A stretch of DNA of 64,000 nucleotides from Ascidiella aspersa. Taxonomy: Eukaryota. The notes under the pieces are model-generated. The model was given only the letters and a program-made list of their open reading frames with translations. It was not told the DNA's origin and did not search any database. The stretch's first letter is position 1; the number at the start of each line of letters is the position of its first letter. The stretch lies in the NCBI GenBank assembly GCA_963924565.1, contig OZ004613.1, forward strand, positions 4,898,001 through 4,962,000, given 5' to 3'. This document shows positions 1 to 13,936 of the stretch, in pieces. The position numbers were made by a program, and so were the translations under genes.

Positions 1-3000
1 GATTTTAGGGAACTTTAAGTGTATTATGTGGCTGCACAAAGTAAATGTACGTATATAGGTAATAACCGCCTGTTCCATTCTGTGATTGTTATGTTTTTCA
101 TATAAGTTTTATTTTTCGCGAGCGTTTACCACATTGTTCCAGTAACTCAATTAATCTCAGTTTTGATAACGTTCTGTATTGGCGGCATTAAAGAAAATCT
201 TGTTGGGGCCATTTTACAACTTTACATAAAGTATAGCGTACATGTAAAAAGTTTCTCAACAGCAATATTTTCAAGTACGATTTAGATAGGGGTCACCGAA
301 CGTTTTTTGTTAAAGGGACGGTTAACTGTAACGCCTGAAAATCGATGTCTTTATAAAGTTTTGTGTTAAACGCTATTAACATCATGATTATTATCTAACG
401 AAGAAGGTATTAAAACTCTATTAAATGAATATACTGTTGCTGCCAGGCATGGTATTAATTGTAAAATTGTTCTTCTGGCAATATTTTTTATTAAATGTAC
501 CGACGTTTTCATCTTTTCTCCGAGTTACAATATCATTGCACTGATGAATATTCCTGCATAGGTTATCAAAACTTCGGTAAATATAATTAAAAACACAGCC
601 GGAGCTGTATTAAAACTGTACTCAGTCGTATGAAATGTCGTTCAGTTTACAAATCGTAAATTAAGCACAATATGCCGTTGGACGAGTAAATGTACAAGGT
701 TTTGTGACCCCTGATGTCGAGCAATGCTATGACCGCTTTGTGTTTCTTATGAGGCGTGAAGCAATGCCATCTCTTTAACTAAGAACAGACGAATTTCACG
801 ATTTTGATGTCATATGAGAAACTTGAAATTGCCGATGTATGTACATAGTTTTTGCTTATTAATGTCAAGCGTAGTTGTAAATAAAACTAGAAATATGTTA
901 TCTCAAACAAGAAATTGGTGATTGTTTCAGCTTTTTAATTACAGTCATAATGTTTTATGAAACAAACAGTAGACTTACTAAAATCTATTTTAAAATTAAA
1001 CGGTCATCAAAAAACAAACGCCATTTTAAAGAAAAATCTTTAACACGGAAGAATATCACTTTCACATGCTGCAAAAGGGTTCAATAGTTTTTGGCATAAA
1101 ATAGGGGATATTTCGGGAATCATTATGTTAAAAACTTTATAGAAAGAAAATTCTAGATTTTATTCTACAATCGAACAATATTAACAGAAGCGTGTTAGCC
1201 AACCTTTTGATGACAAACAGGGTCAGTAATACATTATGGAAAAATCAAATTATAAACGGAAACCTCTCATCCAGCTAACGACCATTTACTTTTGTGTATC
1301 GCCATATCGCCCCGAAGTTCGCACAGAAGATAACATCACGAAAAAACGTAACATAGTCGGGGCACTTTCGGAATATTTACATTGATAAATGACGTACCTT
1401 ATACATTAAAGGACACAATTCACAAATGTTTTGCACGCTTCATTTTTTTTTTATTACTCCGAAGAGTTATTGCTCGGCGGAAAGGAACATCACTATCACG
1501 TGTGAAAAAAGAACTAATAACAACGACCACTAGCGGAAGTAACTTTGCTATTGTGTCCATTGATAAATTTACGTCATTACATTGTTGCTTGGGGTCGTCT
1601 ATTAGTTTTAATAATGTTTATAACTGAGTCAATCGGTGTAAATACATTGCCATATATTATTTGTGACAAACATACTATAAAAATGTGAAATATGTCATCG
1701 GGTAAGGCAGGAATGTGTAACCTTTAAAACGTGCCAAATAGTTTATTGTGTATATGTGAGTTATATTACTGGTCAAACGCATTTCTGCTGATTGATACGA
1801 GAATTTGGTCTACTTGAATCAACGTTCGTCAAATAAACGCAAATTGTACAGCCAAGAGAGTTGCCAGGCCACATCAAAAACGATTTCAAGTTAGAGTGAC
1901 AACGCATTAAACCTAATAGTACTGCTGTTAATTAAGTCTAGCAAATTTAGTAATTTAGGTCAGACAATTTTTATGTGAAAAGTTATAAAAGAAGTGTCTG
2001 ACCTGAATGTTTTTAGTGCGTATTTGGCCTTATTAAGTCGTTGGTCTTAATACTATTTCATATAAAGCTGATCTGTTGCTAAGGGTGACCAACCAAATGC
2101 ATTCCACAATTGGTTGCCGCCGTAGGTTCAAGCACAAATTTTTTTTGCTGAAATCCTATACGCCCAAATCCTGGGATAAATATGCATAAAAGGCTATGTT
2201 TCATTGCAACCCGGCGATAATTGACGCCAAATGACCTCACTGGCGTGTTTTTCGACAGCATTCCATGGCGAGAAAGCACTGGAAATGCAAAGCACTGCCC
2301 TTGCAAACCCATATTAATTAAAAAAATGCCAATAAATTCTGCTTTACTATTTTGAAAATTTGAGTGTAAAATTTAAACAAGTTTTAGCGTTGAAATTTCC
2401 AACAAGGTCGTTCAAAAAAATATGTACCGGTATATCTACTGCAGGTTATTATTTTGTTTGATTTATTTACGCTTCACACGGCTTCGGAAACAAAATTGTG
2501 TTCCACTAAAATTTCTACTCACCATTTATTCGCGGCATCTTAATAGAATGGCTCCACAGCAACGTTGAGCAGTGTCTTCAAAACATGATGTGTTAAGTAC
2601 AACCAACCAAACTGGCACACTGCTGTACAATCCAGTTCACGTTAGGCAAAAGACAGCAAGAACTACTAGAGAATCATTTTAACTGTGAATATAATCTAAA
2701 TAAACAATGTTTTTAATCAGTAAGCTAAAAATCCAATTTGAACGCGAAATTTCATTTTAGCTGTTGACGTTTTATTAGTCTACTAGTCTTAAAGTTGTCA
2801 ATTTTCTTCAAATTTGTTTCTGATGTTAACACTACTGCTAACTTTGCTATGAACAAACAATTTGTTTTTCGCTTCAAATTCCCAAAGAAGCTACACTTGC
2901 AAATAAACTGTTTCAGTCTTAAACATGAAGTGCTGATTGTAGCCTACAGGAGGTTTGTTTCGTCACAATCACAATCGGGCCTCTGGGAAAGACGAAAGCG

Positions 3001-4942
3001 AGGGAAAATAATAATTATTACCTTTTCAGCTTGGACCACTGCATTATTTGTTTAGTAACTGATATTAATAAAACGTAGCGTGCTAGTCAGTTTGTTTCCA
3101 AAAACATTTGTAATGTAACGCGGCGGTTAACAAAGTAAATTTTACAACCCCAATGTAATCGAAAAATTTTATTTTTAAATGCCGGAACTTCAATAAAATA
3201 AAATCAATTTCAAAGTCATTCTTTGAGAAAAAGACAAAACAAAGGGGCAAAACTACTCAATTAACTGCTTGTTTGTTACCAAAAATTGCCTAAAACACGT
3301 AAATTGTAAAGGTTAATTTTTCAAACATATAGAGATTCAAAACATTTTACCACCAAAAGAAAATAAAAAACTCAATTGCTGTGTGTTGTAGCGAATTTTA
3401 AATTTATCCTGCAGCTGGTAAAAAGTTACGTGGCATTAAACCCGATAGATTATTTTTAGTTTATCCGCGAAATAAAATTGTCCCTAAAGCACCATGTCAG
3501 TTCTTGGAATTATGTAAATTCGGCAAATATGTTGTCAAAACAATATTGGAAGGGGCTATTCACCCGGACAACAAAGTAGTTCAAATCGATATACAATTGC
3601 TAACGGGTGCCAGCGTAAAGGAGTGATCTGTTCAAATAGTCTAGCCTATAGGCGCCTCCTGAGCTTATTTACACGGCTAATAAAGTAATTTAAATAGATT
3701 TCTGAAAAAATATTAAAATTATGAAAAACTTGGAAAATCAAACAGCACTCAAACCCAAACGCTAACCCTAAACCTAATAAAAATAAAAAAATAAGCACAT
3801 ATTAGTGCAAGCGTAAAATGCGATCCGGTTAAAAAACGACTTCCAACAATATTTGTCTTTGTTGTGTATGTTGCAGAAATATCCATCTGAAGCGGAGTTT
3901 GTTGTTGTCAAAAGAGTTCATGCAATTGTCCAACCAACTAACATTCAGAACCCAATTATAAACCAATTACCGTTTTGTACTTGTGGTGTTTAGATTGCGT
4001 AGCTGGGAACATTAAGGCATATGGACAATGCAGTTGCCGCGGGGCTAATAGGTTAGTTAGTCGGTTGTTTATGTGGTAAGGTATTTGTATTTACCAATGT
4101 GACAACCTAATTTAACAGGCATTTGAAATTAGCACTATAAGTAAAAATGTATATTATTTATTGAGTGGTTTTACTTGGTTATGGGTAATAATGGCAAAGA
4201 GAATAAAACTATGAAATTAAATCAAAATGAGTTTGCATTTTAATTTAAATGCGTATTTTTTTAGATGGATGAAACCTAATTTACTAATCAATTGTATAAG
4301 ATAATTAAAAGGAAATATATTTGCACTATAAAAGTATTATAAATGCAATTAATTTGCATTTTATATAAATTAAATCTATTCTAAGATATAAGAAACCTAA
4401 TTTAGTTGGCAATTGCACAAGATAATAAAAAAGAAATATTTGCGTAGGAATGGAATCATTAGTACTTATGTTCGAAAGAAATCTGTTATCAGTATACAAT
4501 TGAAAATCAATCGCCTTGTCTGTGGTGGATAATTTAGATTTTATACAATAAGTTAAAATTGAAAACGTTAAATAAATAATTGTCAATTTATGAGATGTTT
4601 TGGAAACAAACTTATTTCGCAATGTAATTCATTAAGGTCGACTTGCTATTGTCTTGTTACATTTGTTTTTAACAGTACATCCTAACTTTATTTCGAAAGC
4701 ATTTCTTTATGATTTTTTAGATAAATATGAACAAAAATACATCTTTGTGGATGATGTCGAATTCGACACCACAGGTTGTTGAAGTTACTGCTGGCTGTTT
4801 TAGTTTTTAAAAGCTGTTTTAAAGGGGATTCCAAATCAATTTTTAGAATTCTTAGATCCAGAATGATATGCTCACCGCCCTAAAGGCCCCCAATTTCAAA
4901 AGTCATATTTTTAAGGATTTTATCATTTGTTTAACTGCAGAA

Positions 4943-7900
4943 ATGGCATTTAGTCTTGTCTTCTTCGGGGTTATCTGCTGTATAACACGAGTACCAGCTT
5001 TACAATGCGTCCTTGGGAACCGGACCAACTCTGGGGGGCAGAGTGTGGTATCCACTACAACAGGGAACTGTCAACCGAACCAGCATTGCTTTAGAATGGA
5101 GACTGTGCAGAATCCGCCAGGTAAGTGGTGAATTTGCTGTTTGTCAGATTGGAACGCACAATAAGACCCACAAAGTTGCCCGAAAAAACAATAACAAACG
5201 GCCGAACTATACCGCTTGGAACTGTAGGTAGGTGATATGGACGATCAGGGGCCATCGGTCTGGCATCGGCTCTTTTAGTGTCAATGTTTGGACGCCCTAG
5301 TTTGACCGGCGCCGCTGTTTTTGGCCCCTGATTTATACCCTTATTTTGGGTTAGTTGGACGTAATGGTAAGAGTCTAAATTGGTTTAGGGTTAAAATTAT
5401 TAGGAAAGTTAGTGATGTACATACGGGTGAGGTTTGGTAAAGTGTTGTATAGGACTGATTTTGCGTGGATTTAGGACTTATTCTGATTTAGATTACGACC
5501 ATTAGGTATTAGTGCACTTTGGTCTTATTTCGAAATGTATTTTATTCCGACGTTGATTTCTTATTTAGGTCTTATGGCCGGAGTCCGATTAAATATGTTG
5601 AAGATTTTATTGTTCGTCAGTCGACGCATTAACCAAAAAATATTTTCAGGTTTAATCACCTGAAAAACGTTTCTACGATCTGATCGGTTTGTTAGCGCAT
5701 ATAAAACTCTTATAAACTGTTGCTACCAGTCATAGTAATAATAGTCAAAAAACAGCTCCTCTGGTAGTTGTAATTGTTAACCAACCTTTAGGCAACCTAA
5801 TTTAAATCGCCTTTGTCAGGGGACTAAAAAAAACTGTTGTTTACATACTAACAAGTTGGCGTTCTCGTTGAGATTTTTTGACAAATGTTAATAAATGTAA
5901 AGATTTTTTTGTTGTTGTAAGTTATTACCGTGGTACCTATGCTTTAAATATTTTATACATTTGTTTCTTAATAAGCAAAATTGCATCACAGCTTAAAGCT
6001 AATTTTTAGAGAAATCGGCCCCAGTGTTGCCTTTACTAAATTAATTTGACATTGTGAGACAAAAACAAATCTAATTCGATTTATCATAACAAACGCGAAA
6101 AAAATCTAAGCAAAAAGTAGCATGTCATAAAAATAAATATTTGGAAAGGTGTGTAATATAAAACGTTAGGAAACAGTCAGATCTGTTTACTTACTAAAAA
6201 AATGAACCCCAGTTATTTGATTTTGGTGAAAACCATCCTTAAAACTAAGTTAAAACTAGTCACGTCATTTGATAACAAAACCTTCAGTGCACACTGCAGA
6301 CTGATGTAGGTTTCACAACATTGTATTTCTATTCAGGTGGAGTTACTTTCCAAGTAGTGAGCCTGATGTGTCAACCCTCAGCAATATGCGGCAATATAAA
6401 CGCACTGCTCTGCCAGCCTTTGATGAGACAGCGACCAAACAAAGACAGTCAACTTCGTGTGACGTAAGCAACTCTAACAGTGACGTTTACCCGGTCTGTT
6501 TGACGTCATCGAAATACGTCAGTGCAGTGTTGCTCTATCTTTTTTCGCGGCGACACAAACGAGTAAAGGAACAGTTCTAAGCGTATATGTAAAATAGCGA
6601 AATTTAAAGAGTGAATCGACTCAGTTCACTTCATTGAACATTTCGTAAGTCTATTGTGAATAAAACACAAATCAGACGAAAGCATAAAAAATCCAATTTT
6701 AATTAAAATGAGCCATGTTCTAGCATTGTATCCGACTTTTCCTAAATTTCGGAGCAATATTAAAACAATTTTAATAAATATATATAATTGTAAACTTTTA
6801 AATAGTATAATCGGCAACACAACAAAATCCAAAAGTCACTAATTTAAACACTATTTTTAGAAACACCATTTTTAAACTAAGTGCTATCTATAAAATTGTT
6901 ATTTTTTCAGTGTAATATGCTATTTGCAAACTGAATGTAAAACAAAACTCTTAACATGCACATATTCGTTCTAAAGCAAACAACAAGAAATCTTATGTTT
7001 TAAACTGATTAAACCTAGTCCTTTAAGGGGTCGCGTAATATCTTAATAGGTACATAAAAAGGGGTCGCAGAGTGAAAAGTTTTGAAAGCCCTGAAAGAGC
7101 AAGCTTACATTTCAGTTCAAGTTGTGTACTCTGTGTCCATAGCAAGATTTTAACTTTCGCGTGTTTCGGCAGAGCGTTGTAGTTAATGCAACTTTGTAGC
7201 CGCATATTCAGTTTCCAAATTACCAGGAAACTTTCGGCCGTCAACAAAGCGTGTTGTGTTTCATGGCTGGGTAGTTGAAGCGTTGCAAAGTTAAAACGGA
7301 TGCTTTTCATCTAATCATAAAACGATTACCTAATAAGAATATCAAACCCCATACAGGAGTAGGGCATCCCTTGAAGATGTTGAAAATGAATACAGAGTTA
7401 TTCGAAAAGTTCAAAATGCCACCTGCTTCTGTATGGGCTTTGATATTCTTGTTACGTCTTACTACAATTTCCAACCATAATGCTTTAAAACTATATTAGG
7501 TTTTCATTGTAGCTTTGATTTATCTTTGATTGAACGCTGTGTGTTAAGCTAACCTTGTATTTGTTCGATACAGAGCTTGCGAAGTAAGTTGCTGTAGTAG
7601 GGACTTGTGCAACATCATGACGATCGCACAACAAGCCGCGTCACCTGGGAACGAAGTGGTTCTTGCGACACCAGAAACAACCACACAAACCACCAGAAAT
7701 GAAGGGACCACGGCATCAGAAGCAACCACACAAACGATCAGAAATGACGGGACCACGGCACCAGAAACAACTACACAAACGACCAGAAATGACGGGACCA
7801 CGACACCAGAAACAATCACCACAGTACAAGCAACCAGTGATGATATTACACCATTACAGACCAATTCTGTACCACTAATTGGAAATCATTCACTAACAAC

Positions 7901-8246
7901 CAATGCTGTTCAACCACCAATCAATTTGCCACCACAAAATGGTAATGTTGGTCTATCAACAACCAATATTGGCCTACCACCAGCAAATCAGTCACCACAA
8001 AACAGAAATGGTCCACCACCGACCAATTTATCACCACAAAATGGTAACGGTGAGCAAACATCTAGCAGAGTCCCTGTACCACATTCACATGGAAACGTGT
8101 TATTGTCGTTTAACTCTTATCTTTTTAATCCTTACACCAACACCATATCCACGACCAGCAAGGCACTGGTTTCGTCCTACCAGGATGGTATTTCAGTCGC
8201 TATCATGGTGCTTATTGGAATGTTTTTCTGTGTTATTATGATGTAG
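4943..8246 (+). CDS. Ly6/uPAR (three-finger) domain protein with mucin-like stalk, predicted GPI-anchored, paralog 1 (~325 aa; exons 4943-5120, 6337-6463, 7574-8246)
   Basis: Signal peptide MAFSLVFFGVICCITRVPA then LQC. GT-AG introns of phase 1 and 2 join in frame. 10 Cys in the mature domain ending ACEVSCCSRDLCN (LU signature CCxxDxCN). T/P-rich stalk with 15-aa repeats (PETTTQTTRNxGTT). Hydrophobic C-terminus with no tail. Confidence 0.88.
7331..7483. mobile_element. Family A MITE copy
   Basis: Same aagaatatcaaa.cccataca / tgtatgggctttgatattctt inverted arms. Confidence 0.75.
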
Positions 8247-10106
8247 GAAACAGTTGTATGTGGATACTCGTGTCGCATAGTAAACTCGTGCTGAAAAATG
8301 AGCAACCTGCATGACGAGCACAGTAACTCAATGAAGTATATGTGCTAAATGCTTATTATATTCATTAATTTAATTTTTATGTTGACATGGTATTTGTATA
8401 TAACTTTTTACTGACATAAAATCGTATTAAATTGTGTGTATACTTTTGGGTAGTAAGTGTTTTGCTTACATATTGTGCCACGCTCAAAACTTTAGGCTAC
8501 TGTTGGCATGGTAATATGATGATAAACCATTCATTGTTCAGAAATACTGACAAAAGTTTTATGTCATACCTCGGCAAAATCAAACAAAGCTTCCGGTTCA
8601 TTATAACGACAATACAATCGTTGACACACCCCAGCAAAACGTGTATGTGAAAGCAATTTGTCACCGGTTATTAACAATTCCACGTAACCCCTGTACATTC
8701 ATGGTCTTTCGTGTTTTAAACCGCGACAGGCATTCTGTTTTCGATCACTTCTGGTGTGCGCCTTTCGTACCAAGAATTTTCAAGGATCTCGGCTACGAAA
8801 GCGCTAAAACTTTCAACAGACGCGATTCTGTAAAACGCGATAACACAAGCATAACGCTCTAAATGCGGTGGTTGAGTGTGATGAATATGTGCAAACAGAT
8901 GGCCTGCTTTTTATTTAAAGGCTGTCTTACAAATGTAGGAAAGGGAGTTTTCTATTTGAAAGCAGGAAAATTAACTATGTTAATTAATTATTTGGGCTAA
9001 GGAAACTAAATCAAGCCAGTGTTAATGATTTGACTTATGTGTAATTAAATCACTTTTTAAGTGACTTGACTTGACTTAAGTATTTTTTGTAAATAACTTG
9101 GGTGTAAATGAAGTGTTTTCATTAACCTAATTTTTTACAATTTGATTATTTCGCCAAATTAGGCCTATTTCATTTTTTTTTTCTGTTTACTTTATTTTCA
9201 GTTGAGCTCGTAACGACGATTTTATTTATTTTAATAGTTTATTACCGTTTAATTTTGATGACAAGAACTTGACTTGGAACTGACTTTCTCTAATTATGAT
9301 TTTACTGGGGCTTGACTTATTATATTTAATATAAAACCCCCAATAAACAGCATGGCAATAATAAAAGTTCTGTTCATATATGCCAGCATTATTTATTGAC
9401 ATTTTATCGTTGTTACATTTTGAAGCAGGACTAATGACGTATTTTACGTAAATTTAAGGGACGGATAGCTTAAAATAATAGCAAAGCGTTAGAGTTAAAA
9501 TTAAAAAGCAGGATAATTTAACTTTTTGTGTTTTTTTATGGCTGAACTTAAGTTTTTACAACTATTTGAAAGTTTTCTATAAAGCATTTGTTAACAGCAC
9601 TATAAAAAATATTTCACCGTGTTATGCTTTTTCTGTATATCAGTATTTTAACAAACCTAGCTTATAGTATGAAATGCAAATACTGAAACAACATTGTCTT
9701 GTTGGTGAGGCACAATTTTAGCAGACTGAAAGCGATCTGTAGCTTAAGCCTTAAGGTAGGCCCTAAAGACTTCAGAATGAAGTTGGAAGTTGTTATGACC
9801 GGAAGTTGGACGAACAGATAACCAATAAATATGTATATATCGATATATAGAAAATCTGGAGTGAACGTTACAATCGAACAATACATTTAAATAATAAAAC
9901 ATACTGTAATAAGAGGATTTGATTTAAAAATTAAAATCAAATCTTCAGTTTTCGGTGTCTATAACGGGCATTTTATTTTTATTTATTTCGAGCATGATAT
10001 AAGAATATTTTAAGCAATTTATTCCACCTAAGTAACACTGCTATTAAATGTTCATTTGTAGCTAGAACGTAATCACAACTTTGCGAAAACATTATAGACC
10101 ACAAAA

Positions 10107-11711
10107 ATGAAATTCAAAGTTGCTGTTTTGTTTCTGGCTTCTTCCTTTGTGTGACGCAACAATCAGATGTTACGACACTTCGGTGTTCGCCTGGGGAGAC
10201 CAAGCTCCGGTTGCCCAGGGAACTGACTTTTGTGAATTAGGATCCAACTGCTTAAAAATCGACTATTCTGGATACGGACAGAACATCACTGGAGGTGAAC
10301 CGATGCGAGTTAGTGTGAAATAATCTTACTTTTAGCCGCTATATAAGGCAATCACCAAATGTCATTTTAATCCTGGCGACTCTAGCACGAAAAAGCGTTC
10401 ATAAAAAACGCATTTCAAAAACCTACAAACACACAAACACGCGAAATACAAACACACAACGTGCAAAGTCACAAACGCACTAACGCACCAGCGCACAAAC
10501 GCACAAAAACACAAACTCACAAACGCACAAACTCACAAACGCACAAACATAACAAACGCACAATCTCACAAACGCGTAAACTCACAAACGCACAAACTCA
10601 CAAATTCACAAACTCAAACGTACTTACGCACAAACTCACAAACTCACAAACGCACAAACGCACAAACGCACAAACATAACAAACGCACAAACGCACAAAC
10701 GCACAAACGCACAAACGCACAAACGCACAAACGCACAAACGCACAAACGCACAAACGCACAAACGCACAAACGCACAAACTCACAAATTTACAAACTAAC
10801 AAAAGAAAAAAACGCAGAAACGCAAAACTCATAAACACTTTACTTTCAGAACGTGCCGCTCTATTCACCGGTTACCTTGAAATATGTTTGCCTGAAAACC
10901 AAACGTGTGGAGACTTTGCTGAATGCACAGGTTCAACCATGGACTACGACACCCCATACTTAAACAACGTAACGTAAGATAATTGATTTGTATTAAATCT
11001 TAAAATACACAAATATCAGACGACATAAAAAAATTATAATAAGTAAAATATGACTGTTACTAATTTTATTTTAGGGGGAAGTTCGTATGCCAAGTTTAGA
11101 ATATTTTAGGTTGCAAAATTCATGCAGGTTTGGAAAATTAAATCAGAACTAAAATTAGCGCAAGCAATTGACAAATTTGCCAAGTTTAGAATTAGTATCT
11201 CACCTTAATATGTCAAAGTTTGGGACAACTAAAATCATTTTGTTGTCTAAATCCATAGGCTAGGTATTCCCCATTTGACCAAAAAATACGGGTTATCCGG
11301 TTAAACCTTGTTTTTAGATCTTGCAATATTAACATTTGCTGCAACGGATCGGATTACTGCAACCGACCTGACAATACAACTTCAACAACTCCAAACACTT
11401 TCGTAACTACACAGACATCTGATATGCCAGTTGCCACTTCCATGCCAGTTGCCACTTCTATGTCAGTTGCCACTTCTATGTCAGGTGCCAATAACATGAC
11501 AGGTGCTACTAATATACCAGGTGCCACTTCCATGGCGGTTGTCACTAATCTGTCAGTGGCAACTGCTAATGTGTCAGTGACGCCCAACAGCATGCCAGGC
11601 GCCAGTGTGAATTTAACGACAAAACCGGGAGGTTCGGCTGCACACTTGAACCACTTGGGATTGATTGCTACACTTTCTGTAGCAGCTGCTGCAGTTTGTT
11701 ACTTACGTTAG
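10107..11711 (+). CDS. Ly6/uPAR three-finger + mucin stalk + GPI-type tail, paralog 2 (exons 10107-10294, 10850-10973, 11318-11711); frameshift near the start (pseudogene or sequence error)
   Basis: Same phase-1/phase-2 exon structure. IRCYD...FCELGSNCLKID | ICLPENQTCGDFAEC | SCNINICCNGSDYCN; MPVATS repeats; hydrophobic end LGLIATLSVAAAAVCYLR. The ATG at 10107 is 1 nt out of frame with the rest. Confidence 0.8.
10420..10830. repeat. 7-bp microsatellite (ACAAACG)n in intron 1 of Ly6 paralog 2
   Basis: Pure core at 10680-10777 with degenerate flanks. Confidence 0.93.
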
Positions 11712-13936
11712 CACTATAAACGCATTTTAATTTACAAATTAAAACCATGGAAAGTTTACCTTGGCCAACTATAGTTCCGTAATTATCTTTGACACAATTA
11801 ATGGTTTCTTGAGGCTAACTGCTGGTATCAAATTAATTTCGATGTTTTATGACGATTAATTAAACAACTAATTAAGTTAGTGGAATAAAAAGTCAAAGTA
11901 ATTTAAACTCAGATTCTTACGTCCACTGTTTAAGTTTTTTGTGTCAAAGGTCATTTATTGTACAGAAAAGTCATTCAATCTTTGAAGTTTATATTATTCA
12001 TCCATTGCGTCGTATAAACCAGAAGTCTCTTAAAATGTTCACGCTGTATGTACACGTGTTTAACTGTATTGCTTGTGTTAAGGTGACAAATGACGCAAAC
12101 GACAGCGGCTAATGGATGTATTTAATCGTATTGTGCTTTTCTAACTTGGGAGATATGAATTATTTTGGTCTCCCTTGTCTGGGCATTTATTTCAGCGATG
12201 TACTTTAAACGCATTCACTAGCATTTAAAAAAAGAAAAACTTATGCGAACCATCCGCACAGCGATTAATATATACGACTCTAATTAAAGGCTGTAAAATA
12301 CATAAAAAATGCTAATAGCCACATTTTTAGTTCTTATTATATTGGTCAAAATTAAGCGTAGCCTATAAGTCTTAATACAAGTCCAGAGTTGCATGAGTCA
12401 AGTCCCAGTCAAGGTATTTTTAGAGCTAGTCAACTTCAAGTTAAGTCAAGTCATTGATATAAAAGTAAATCGTTAAACTAATAAAATTGGTAAACTTGCC
12501 GCATACAGATTAAAGTGGTATTGTACGACAATGAAGAAGGTAATAGAAATTCTTGTTAAACAAAAAGGGCTATTTAAAACATTTCAAACTTTCCTTTGTT
12601 GGCTGCGTTTTGTGGTTTATTTACGGTATGTTAAACATTAATATTTCGAATGTATAGAAAACTTCCTAAATTTTATCACTTATCATTTATCCGTTTAATA
12701 GGAAAATACTAGAGATAAACTATACTTGGAATTTGTTGATTTAGACCGAAGTATGAAGAAGTAAACATTATAATCGCAATTTAATCATACATTAGGGTTG
12801 TCTCGGTCGCAATGAATTGATCAGTTGAAACAAGTAATTAGATTAGAGTTGAGCACCTTAACGATGAAATATAGCGGCCAATTTAGTTGCCTGGACATGT
12901 CAGGTGACCTCCTTTCAAGCGCATTCATCGCTACCAAGATAACGTCGAGATATCTATTCAAAGACTGTTGTCGTTTTTCGCACGTTGCTGGATTAGCAGT
13001 TCAACATATTTCAACTAATAGGCCGCTTATGCATTTGTAAAGAGAGGAGCGGTTAAATTAAAGGAAAATAATTTTTTAAGTTACGCAGCACCAAAAAGAA
13101 AAGTTTTATTTTAACAGGCCATGTCCTTTTTTATTTCTTTTTTCCTACTAAGATTTCAGTTGCATATTTGTGCACGACTTGAACGATATCCGCAGGTTTC
13201 CAAAGGTTACTTGTTTAAGACGTCCCATTGTGACGTAACTTTGTGACGTCATGTCTAATTTTTATGGTTCTGGTCAGAAAGCTCTTCTAATTTTAGCTCT
13301 AAAAGACACAAGAAAGTAGCCGACGATAGACGAGTTGCTTGAAAAGTAGAAAATATTGCTGTTGTCAGTCCAACTCGTGCGCAAATATGGGTCTAAATAT
13401 ATTCAAGGAGGCAAAAGACTTCATCTAAAAATATTAATACAAAACTTAAAGTTTATGTTTAAGCTGTTGTACACATTACGTTAGTTTTAAGCTCAGCTGC
13501 TACAAATAATGGCAAAATAGAACTATATGGTCATCTGATTAGAATTTCTTTAAAAATTCTGAATAGAATTTCTTTGAAATTTAAGAGAACAAAAAACAAC
13601 CTACACCATATTACAATTAGCTGTCTTAAAGAAGACAATAAGTAGCAAAACAGGCTTAAAGTACCAAAATCGCTGCAATACTCATTGTGCAAATGATAAC
13701 ACAAAATTTGAAGAAAATTGAATGTGAAAGGTAGTCAAAACAAACGTTTATTTCAAACAAGTGGTAAAAATTCAGTTTATTTTTAAGACTACTAAAAGTC
13801 GATTATAATTCTCTCTAAACTAAACGAGTGTAGCGCTTTATACTATTTATATTGTAAATGAGATTTTGCTGTCGCAGAGGAGTAGTGAAGAATTGTTTAA
13901 AACTCTTTTTTACCGGCTCTGGTGAAATCGCCGAAA

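Noticed and set aside
1-4900. Short ORFs, a telomere-like ctaaccctaaacc stretch (~3760) and a possible degenerate MITE at 287-713
   Set aside because: No coding signature or consistent exon chain; the telomere-like stretch is too short; the TSD is not convincing.
10461-10868. THKRTN and CVCAFVRL repeat ORFs
   Set aside because: Translations of the intronic 7-bp microsatellite.
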